IMG/VR virus record: IMGVR_UViG_3300037312_000757
DNA length: 64,000 nt
Source: a virus
Lineage: Duplodnaviria; Heunggongvirae; Uroviricota; Caudoviricetes
Direction: 5' to 3' (one strand)
Part shown: one piece after another, positions 57,338 through 64,000 of the stretch
Layout: every line of letters begins with the position of its first letter
Position numbering within the stretch: the first letter of the stretch is position 1
The notes under the pieces: generated by a model
Databases searched by the model: none
What the model was told of the DNA's origin: nothing
The model's input: the letters and a program-made list of their open reading frames with translations, nothing else
Made by a program: the position numbers and the translations under genes

Positions 57338-58921
57338 TTAGATGATTACTGGCATTGGCATGATGTTCATTGCATCTTCCGGATCGATTGTTTCCTTCAG
57401 ATCTTCATGATCGATGCCCTGAGCCCACATCATAACCGTTTCAAGCATACGCACTACTAACAAAGTAGCAGAAACCAAGTCGTCATGTTCGCCCAACTTG
57501 GCAGCATAGCTTGGGCCTGAGCTAACAAACATTTTGAGTTCCTTGACAAGCTCTCGGCTCCAGACGCGCATACGTCCACTTTCAATCAAACTCTTCATTT
57601 TGCCGCACGCAGCCAACTTCTTACGGTTATCAGTGTTCAAACCTTTACGGAATCGACGGGTTGCACCCGCTTTGCGAGGTTCACTAATAAAGATACCAGG
57701 GAAATTTTGCTCGCCAGTATCATCAATGATTTGCAAGACGGTCTCACCGATTGTGTTGTTCTCAACAGTCCAGAACAATTGTGGATCGCCATCTTGATTT
57801 GGATCTTCACGCAGTGTCTGATGGAGAATCAAAAGAATCTGCATGAGGATACGAACTTGTCCGGCAGCCGGGGTTTGGTTATGCTTCCACTCGGCCACCT
57901 GTACCATCTCAGGATACTGGAAAACCTGAATTGCCGCAAAATCCCCACCAGTTCCCAAAGAGGGATCCAATGCAACCATGTATGCTTTGTTTGCTTCTGG
58001 CTCTTGGAACCAACGCACTTGACCAGTGTAATGCTCTGGTTCCTTTGACTTCATAGTAGCCAGAACCATTGGAGCGATCAATGTTTCATCGTCTGAAACG
58101 AATTCACATTCAAATTCCTGGCGGAACTTAGCTTCGCCCAAGCTCAAACGGAATGGTGCCGCCCATGCTTCGTCTCGTTCCGGATGAGCGTCCCACTTAA
58201 CCAAGATCGGTTTAAAGCCGTTAACACCAAGACCGCCTTCGATTGGATTACCATATTCGTCGGTATTGTCGTTAGCACCCTTCCAGATTTGAGCAAATTG
58301 GTCTTCGTCTGACTTTGGGGTTGATGTGATAATGCAGCTACCACCGGTTGACAGTGTAGGTTGAATAGCGGTCCAGAATTCCTGCGCCATTGTTGGTCGT
58401 ACGAATGCGAACTCGTCTAGGTACAGCAGAGTAATAGAAAGACCACGACCAGCATCTGGTGTTGTTGCACGAGCAATAATTCGTGAGCCGTTGTCAAATG
58501 TAATCGTACCCTTGTTGTATTCAGTTACACCAGCACGGATGAAGTTCGGACATTCTTCGTATGAATAACGGATACGATCCATAATTTCCATCGCAGCAGA
58601 AAATTTGTTTGCGGCGATCAGAATCTTGGTATCCGGACGGAACATTGCCAACCAGAGCAGATATGCACCAGCGGTCGTTGTTTTACCCATCTGGCGAGCA
58701 GTAAGGCCAACTACGAAGCGATTTTCAGCAAATGCTTCGATCATTTCCTTCTGGTAGTCATACAGATTGAAGTTGATAGAACCCTTCTTAGGGTGCTGAA
58801 TCTTCACAAATGTTTCTGTGAAGTAAACAGGATCGTCAATGCAGCGCATCAGCATTGCCAACTGTTCTTTGTTATAGGAGTCCTTGGTGTGACTCTTCTT
58901 AATGATTTCTATATTAGCCAT
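57338..58921 (-). CDS. terL: terminase large subunit (T4 gp17-like)
   Basis: YDYQ, ARQMGKTT, YLDEFAF, TSTP, FRQEFEC, ALDPS.G.GGD, HDDLV. Confidence 0.95.
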   Translation of the reverse strand: MANIEIIKKSHTKDSYNKEQLAMLMRCIDDPVYFTETFVKIQHPKKGSINFNLYDYQKEMIEAFAENRFVVGLTARQMGKTTTAGAYLLWLAMFRPDTKILIAANKFSAAMEIMDRIRYSYEECPNFIRAGVTEYNKGTITFDNGSRIIARATTPDAGRGLSITLLYLDEFAFVRPTMAQEFWTAIQPTLSTGGSCIITSTPKSDEDQFAQIWKGANDNTDEYGNPIEGGLGVNGFKPILVKWDAHPERDEAWAAPFRLSLGEAKFRQEFECEFVSDDETLIAPMVLATMKSKEPEHYTGQVRWFQEPEANKAYMVALDPSLGTGGDFAAIQVFQYPEMVQVAEWKHNQTPAAGQVRILMQILLILHQTLREDPNQDGDPQLFWTVENNTIGETVLQIIDDTGEQNFPGIFISEPRKAGATRRFRKGLNTDNRKKLAACGKMKSLIESGRMRVWSRELVKELKMFVSSGPSYAAKLGEHDDLVSATLLVVRMLETVMMWAQGIDHEDLKETIDPEDAMNIMPMPVII

Positions 58922-58924
58922 GTA

Positions 58925-59305
58925 TTACCACGCAAGTTTGAATACAAGGGCATCCATAAGCTTTTCAAAATGGAACGTGAAGATCATCTTCTTGTAGTAC
59001 ATCTTGTTGGCTTTGTTGGTCTCGAAACGTGCTTCATAAAACCAGAGACCCGTACTGTGGGTATCAAACCATTCCTGAACGTCAAGCGGCAACATACCAC
59101 TCAATTCAATGTTGGTACCCTTCTCACTGTCCTCCCACAAAAGTTTATCTTCGAACGAGTAAGGCGGCATGGTCTTATCAACGTTCACGATAAAGCCTTC
59201 GTCATCGGCTTCCCATGAAGAGAAGTCGACGCCACGACGCTCCATTGGCGTCATGGTGTTAAGGCATCCTTTTATCCTTGGATGAGAATCGAACAATACG
59301 TGCAT
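58925..59305 (-). CDS. 'FKLxW' family protein
   Basis: EWFDTHSTG.W...FHFEKLMDALVFKLAW. Confidence 0.75.
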   Translation of the reverse strand: MHVLFDSHPRIKGCLNTMTPMERRGVDFSSWEADDEGFIVNVDKTMPPYSFEDKLLWEDSEKGTNIELSGMLPLDVQEWFDTHSTGLWFYEARFETNKANKMYYKKMIFTFHFEKLMDALVFKLAW

Positions 59306-59340
59306 ATGTATCCAAATAAATGAGTTATATCTTTATTTAA

Positions 59341-59370
59341 AAAGAAAGGGACGGTTTCCCGTCCCTTTTG
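59341..59370. terminator. intrinsic terminator
   Basis: AAAGGGACGG/CCGTCCCTTT. Confidence 0.7.
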
Positions 59371-59389
59371 TGTAAAAAGTGCTGAAAAT

Positions 59390-60979
59390 TTAGATATTCA
59401 GACCAATTTCATTGCCTTCCGCATCCAGTTGGCCATCCATCGCGTGTTCGTACTGTGACAGGATTTGCTGTTCCATGTCTTCATCGCCACCCGCTTGTTC
59501 AATGGCACCAAGGAATTCTTGTGCATCTTGACCCTGCAGATACAGACTCGCACCAGTTACGGCATCAGCAATTTGCACATTACCCATTGTGTCTGTGACA
59601 TAGCTGTAACGATGTTCACCACCAATAAACTCATTCAGATGTGTATCTGATTCGTCCATTTCGTGTGGCACGTGTTCTTCAAGCTTACCAGCCAATTGGT
59701 GGATTGCATGCTTACAGTAGTCCTTAGCATCAGCATCACTCATTGCTTCGCTTGACAGCTTATGTGCCAGCTTTGTGTAGCCTGTTGGTGTTAGCTCGAC
59801 ATCACCACTGATGATTGCTGAATCGTGAATGCCAAGAGCATGGAGCAGGTTGTGCAGACGCTCGATTACTTCTGGTGGAATAGCTCGCTTGATGATGTCC
59901 ATCACACCTTCTTCCAAATCGTCTTCACCTTCACGGCCCAGATAACCCCAGCTATCAACAACGGCTTGAATCACTTGTTGAGTCAGTTCTGGTGGGACAA
60001 TGTGTTGACCTGCGATAGTTGCCAAAATGCCTTCGTAGCAAGCTTCCTTACCTTCTTCATGTGTCATGCCTGGCTGTACCCAGTCTGAAGCGTGACTGTC
60101 CAAATACATACGATTGATCTTATCAACGTAACGCTGAACTTCTGGATCCAAAGACTGAGCTGCTTCATCAACCTCACCCTCCGTTACACCAAGATCACCA
60201 CCATGATAATCGACCATAAAGTCATCTACATATTTTTGTGCTGACTTTACACCAAGACATTCTTTAACAGCTTTGTCCAAGATTCGTGCTGCTTGCAAAT
60301 CGTCATAACCCTTAGCAATCATAGCATTAATCATCATGTAGATTGCATCACCATCAGGATAATCAGAAACAAAGTTTTGGAATTGCGTTGCGATACGACG
60401 CAATGCTGCCTTTTGTCTTGCTGCCTTTTCTTCTTCTTGCGCTACCAGTTCGGCTTTCTGCGCATCACGGTCTTGAGCCATACGCTGTTTGTTCTGCTGG
60501 GCCAATTGCTTTGCCCATGAAGGACCAGCCTCATCTACTTCTTCCGATTCACCAACTGGTGTATCATTGTCTGCTTCTGGTGCATTCAGGCTGGCTTCGA
60601 ATTCTGAACGTGGTACTGTGTTTGTAGAACCGTCAGCATCGCGGTAAGTAACGAACATCTTACCAGCAAATTGAACCGTTGCGTCGGATGGCATACCGTC
60701 AACGTAGCGCGTAACGGTTTGACCTTGTGACAAAGTAGTTTGTGGTTCGTCAGATGGTTGTTCTTCACCTTGCATTGGTTCTAGATCATCTTCGTCAACC
60801 ATCGGATTGTCACCCTGGTTGTTGATCATGCGAACTGGCAGATCAGCTTGACCTGGTTTGCTGGCGATTTGCGTAACCTTGTGAGTGCGTGGCTCGACGT
60901 GACCGAAGTCAAAATCGGCGTTTTCATTCAGCTTAACGCCAGCCAGCTGCAACATGCGCTTAATGTCTGATGTGCTCAT
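59390..60979 (-). CDS. acidic head-associated protein
   Basis: RMLQLAG, LNE, VDEA, LEEG sites. Confidence 0.7.
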   Translation of the reverse strand: MSTSDIKRMLQLAGVKLNENADFDFGHVEPRTHKVTQIASKPGQADLPVRMINNQGDNPMVDEDDLEPMQGEEQPSDEPQTTLSQGQTVTRYVDGMPSDATVQFAGKMFVTYRDADGSTNTVPRSEFEASLNAPEADNDTPVGESEEVDEAGPSWAKQLAQQNKQRMAQDRDAQKAELVAQEEEKAARQKAALRRIATQFQNFVSDYPDGDAIYMMINAMIAKGYDDLQAARILDKAVKECLGVKSAQKYVDDFMVDYHGGDLGVTEGEVDEAAQSLDPEVQRYVDKINRMYLDSHASDWVQPGMTHEEGKEACYEGILATIAGQHIVPPELTQQVIQAVVDSWGYLGREGEDDLEEGVMDIIKRAIPPEVIERLHNLLHALGIHDSAIISGDVELTPTGYTKLAHKLSSEAMSDADAKDYCKHAIHQLAGKLEEHVPHEMDESDTHLNEFIGGEHRYSYVTDTMGNVQIADAVTGASLYLQGQDAQEFLGAIEQAGGDEDMEQQILSQYEHAMDGQLDAEGNEIGLNI

Positions 60980-61767
60980 TATTTCTTCTTCGCTTTAGGC
61001 ATCTTTGGCGCAAGCGTCTTAGCGGCACCAGTGCGTGGGTTAATAAAATCTTTCTTGAAGTTGACTTCCTGTGTGGAGAAGTTGCCTGTTGGCATAACTT
61101 CAACCGCTTCCTTGTCAGCCTTCTCTACCTTTGGTGTCTCGATGTCAGCATTGAAATCAGATGCAACTTGCACTGGTTCTTGGCTGTCCTTTGGCATTTC
61201 CAACCAACCAAACAATGGCGCAGGAGCATCAAACTTTGTTGGCTTGCGTGAATCTTCTACGCCTTTGAGTGCATCAAGGAAACGACTAGTGTATGAGTTA
61301 CCAAAGTAGTTTTGACCGTCAGCAGTTTGTTCGCTTTCTGGATATTGTGAGTCAGTACCCAAAAGTGGTGCTGGCTTCATGTCTTTCTTTTCAGCCGCTT
61401 CTTCAACTTCCGCCTTCTGGTTCATCAGCTTAGTTTCGATTTCGATTGGTTCGTTTGCACCACGAACAACAATTGAACCACCAGGAACACCAAGCAGAGT
61501 ACGCAATTCTTCTGTAGCCACATAGCTGCTCAGAGGAAATGCGGTCTCGAAGTCGATCATGAAGACTTCGGCATTTTGAACGTTAGGAAAGTCGAGAGGC
61601 GCCTTCTGAAGAATTGTCTTGAAGGGACTTGAGATATCGACCAATTTGAAGCGTTGCAGGTAACCTTCAATGCGAGCCAGTGTGTAACGGTCGCTGAAGT
61701 CCACAACGGCTTTCATACGGTACTTGTATGTCTTAGTGCTTTCTTCCAAGTAGTGTCTGAAATTCAT
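60979..61767 (-). CDS. conserved virion protein
   Basis: F..YLEES.K.Y.Y...P.DFP; YFG..Y...FL. Confidence 0.75.
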   Translation of the reverse strand: MNFRHYLEESTKTYKYRMKAVVDFSDRYTLARIEGYLQRFKLVDISSPFKTILQKAPLDFPNVQNAEVFMIDFETAFPLSSYVATEELRTLLGVPGGSIVVRGANEPIEIETKLMNQKAEVEEAAEKKDMKPAPLLGTDSQYPESEQTADGQNYFGNSYTSRFLDALKGVEDSRKPTKFDAPAPLFGWLEMPKDSQEPVQVASDFNADIETPKVEKADKEAVEVMPTGNFSTQEVNFKKDFINPRTGAAKTLAPKMPKAKKK

Positions 61768-61805
61768 TCGGAGTCTCCGGAGCTATAATCCTTGTATTTA
61801 TTGGA

Positions 61806-62342
61806 TTAGTCACCACGCAAGCGGCGAATCAATTCATTGCGATCTTCGATCACTACACTACCAGTATCCAGAGCACCGCTGTTAGATTCGCTATCATTTT
61901 CACCACGGGCTTTACGTTCAACGATATCGATCTTCTGTTGTTCTTGTTCCAGCTTTGTCTTGTCAAACTGAGCTTTACGCTTTGAGTTCTTCGCCTCAAT
62001 CGCAATCTTGTACATGTTGGCTGCGTTTTCGAAGATACGACCAGCTGAGCGAGTATCAACGTTATAACCCAGATCCATGAGATCGCGTGCGTGTTGCAGA
62101 GTCTCACCATAGACAACATCCATGCTATCGGCATGGTCTTTTGCTTGTGCATCTTCAGCAACTTGTGGTGGCAGAGCGCCGGCCCCTAGAGCCGCGCCCA
62201 GTTGCATTGCCATTTGATCCTGATCATCTTCAGGAATGTCTTGTTCCGGTTCTGCGTTTACTGCCGCTGTATCTTGAGCGCTGGTTCTCAGCAGGTTCTC
62301 AAGTGTAGGCAGATCCAACGCTTCTTGGATTTTCTTACTCAT
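61806..62342 (-). CDS. conserved protein, possible terminase small subunit
   Basis: LMDLGYNV...IFE.A..M...A..AK; DRNEL; near gp4/terL. Confidence 0.55.
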   Translation of the reverse strand: MSKKIQEALDLPTLENLLRTSAQDTAAVNAEPEQDIPEDDQDQMAMQLGAALGAGALPPQVAEDAQAKDHADSMDVVYGETLQHARDLMDLGYNVDTRSAGRIFENAANMYKIAIEAKNSKRKAQFDKTKLEQEQQKIDIVERKARGENDSESNSGALDTGSVVIEDRNELIRRLRGD

Positions 62343-62773
62343 TTCTTACCAGTATGGAATAGCTGGTCCTCGGTGAGGACACGGAAAGTTAAACCGTTTT
62401 TGTGGCACCATGCCATGGCAGCGGCCCACTTGGCCTTGTTCACTGCCAATACTGCTTTATCACGTTTACTCTTGGCGCGATCATCATACGCTTCCTTTGC
62501 TGGCTTGATTTCAACGAGTTCAGCACGTTTGTTGCCGTTCTTATCAGTGAAAACGATCAGCAAATCTGGAATGTAGAATGTCCACTTGCCTGTGAGTGGA
62601 TGCATATATGGGATTGTGATACTTTCACTTGCCCATTGTGAAACATTTGGATGTGCATCCAAAACACGAAATACGGACAATTCCCATGAGGAACGGTACG
62701 CAATCGGATATTTACCGATATACTTACCAGGATTCACAGGTGTGTATTCACCTTGACTATATTTTGTACTCAT
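62339..62773 (-). CDS. head completion nuclease (T4 gp4-like)
   Basis: G.Y.P.NP.KY.G, YRSSWE, WASE, PD, EIKP, N.AKW.AA. Confidence 0.9.
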   Translation of the reverse strand: MSTKYSQGEYTPVNPGKYIGKYPIAYRSSWELSVFRVLDAHPNVSQWASESITIPYMHPLTGKWTFYIPDLLIVFTDKNGNKRAELVEIKPAKEAYDDRAKSKRDKAVLAVNKAKWAAAMAWCHKNGLTFRVLTEDQLFHTGKK

Positions 62774-62778
62774 GTTGA

Positions 62779-64000
62779 TCAACCATAATTTGACGGATCA
62801 TCAAAACCGCCGGTAGGTGTAGACAAAACACCGACTTGAGCACCAACTGGACTTGCCGCATTAATCGCACCGAGCATTGCATTGCTTGGAGCCAAACCGG
62901 AAGAAGTAGTACCAGATGCGACGTTGCTCACTGGGGTTTTGCCAGACAGCGCAGCAGATGTTGCAGCCGCAGCAATGCCTTGAAGAGTTGACGTTGGAGC
63001 ATTTGAACTAACAAACTTACCAAGCACACCTAATGACTGACCGTATGTTGATGCTGGAATCTGGTTTTGACCAATCGTGCTGAGTGATGCCAATGCAGCA
63101 GATGGGTTACGCGAGATACCATTAATCAACTGATTTGAGAAGCTTGCACCAGAGAAGCTGCCATTCATGATACCAGGAATAGCACCAGCAACAGCGCCAC
63201 TCAATGGATTGTTCTGGCCAAATACCGCCGTACCGAATGAACCGAGAATACCCGAACCAATTGTCTTTGCTGCGTTTCCAAGTTGGCCTGTACCACCAGG
63301 CGCAAGGAATGTTGCAGCCAAGCCCAAGAGCGATGAACCCAAGTTGGTTGAAGATGCAAGGCCGGTTGATTTCGCGTAGTCACCAGGAGCGCCATCACCA
63401 GGAATGTAGTTCGGAACTACGAACGGGTCGTAAGCTGGATTCAGCTTCTTCATCCATGAACTCAGGAATGCATTCGATGATATCGATGCAGGCAAGTTCT
63501 GGTTCTGATACTGAATAGCTTCGTATTCGACCGTCATGTCGATACCATGGAAATCTGAGTGTTCACTCTCGAATGCGTCAGGATCAAACGATGAAATCTT
63601 TGGGTTAATCAAATCAAACTGCATGTATTCACCAGCATAGAACTGGTAGCATTCGATTCTGTCAAAGAAGTAAGCCGTCTTGGATAGATCTGAAACTGAG
63701 TCAAAGCCAAGATTAGGAGAAAAACCGAAACCGTTTTCCGTACCCTGGAATTGGGCAGCAGTTACGTCATATGACCAAGCCTGACCTGTACTCTGGCGGA
63801 AGTCACCAAAGTAGAAATTTGTGTATTCATACCACATTTGCTGAACAGCAGCATCAATGGTATCGTAGAACGAGATTTTACAAGGGCTGTACTTGACGCC
63901 TGTTTGAACCAATCGTTTCTTGTTGTACTGATTGAGTTCTTGGATTTGCGGTGTAATCTTTGGACGATCAAACGTTCGCACGGCAAAAGACATTCCGTCA
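62779..64000 (-). CDS. tail-tube-fold baseplate/tube protein (5'-truncated by window edge)
   Basis: DRPK...NQYNKKR..QT...Y.P..I.F.D...L.NP.I...EYE. Confidence 0.7.
   Translation of the reverse strand, partial: DGMSFAVRTFDRPKITPQIQELNQYNKKRLVQTGVKYSPCKISFYDTIDAAVQQMWYEYTNFYFGDFRQSTGQAWSYDVTAAQFQGTENGFGFSPNLGFDSVSDLSKTAYFFDRIECYQFYAGEYMQFDLINPKISSFDPDAFESEHSDFHGIDMTVEYEAIQYQNQNLPASISSNAFLSSWMKKLNPAYDPFVVPNYIPGDGAPGDYAKSTGLASSTNLGSSLLGLAATFLAPGGTGQLGNAAKTIGSGILGSFGTAVFGQNNPLSGAVAGAIPGIMNGSFSGASFSNQLINGISRNPSAALASLSTIGQNQIPASTYGQSLGVLGKFVSSNAPTSTLQGIAAAATSAALSGKTPVSNVASGTTSSGLAPSNAMLGAINAASPVGAQVGVLSTPTGGFDDPSNYG

Noticed and set aside
23350-58921. Inteins or introns in nrdA, helicase, uvsW, terL
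   Set aside because: ORFs are continuous and of normal length, with no splicing motifs
1-64000. Genome-wide UGA recoding (code 4/25)
   Set aside because: Core genes are intact under code 11 and many genes end in TGA with ATGA/TGATG overlaps; only pth2 showed an in-frame TGA

Overview
A 64-kb segment of a large T4-superfamily ('jumbo') myophage genome, almost entirely coded on the minus strand. The host may be a (beta)proteobacterium; this is inferred from the TrxB and tmRNA sequence style. The left ~20 kb is an accessory region of small genes. The right ~44 kb carries core genes: PAAR, NrdA/B, exonuclease, head-associated proteins, gp41 helicase, gp61 primase, mini-DnaE, UvsW/Y/X, gp32, terminase, gp4 and a tail-tube-fold protein. 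The most striking signal is a phage translation-control/rescue set at 9.9-17.6 kb. (i) A tRNA with anticodon UCA on a Trp-like body (opal suppressor), with a palindrome inside its promoter. (ii) A Pth2 peptidyl-tRNA hydrolase whose SD-linked ATG is separated from the body by an in-frame UGA at codon 8. (iii) A circularly permuted, two-piece tmRNA (tag ANDNVFAMAA) with a 198-nt structured intervening segment. Other items of note are an expansion of ~20+ small proteins ending in 'A-x-x-F-K-L-x-W' (some with the Trp codon overlapping the next ATG), a membrane-anchored chagasin-type protease inhibitor, Acb1 between nrdA and nrdB, a candidate late sRNA, and repeats in the gp32 leader. All calls come from reading motifs by eye; no database searches were run.
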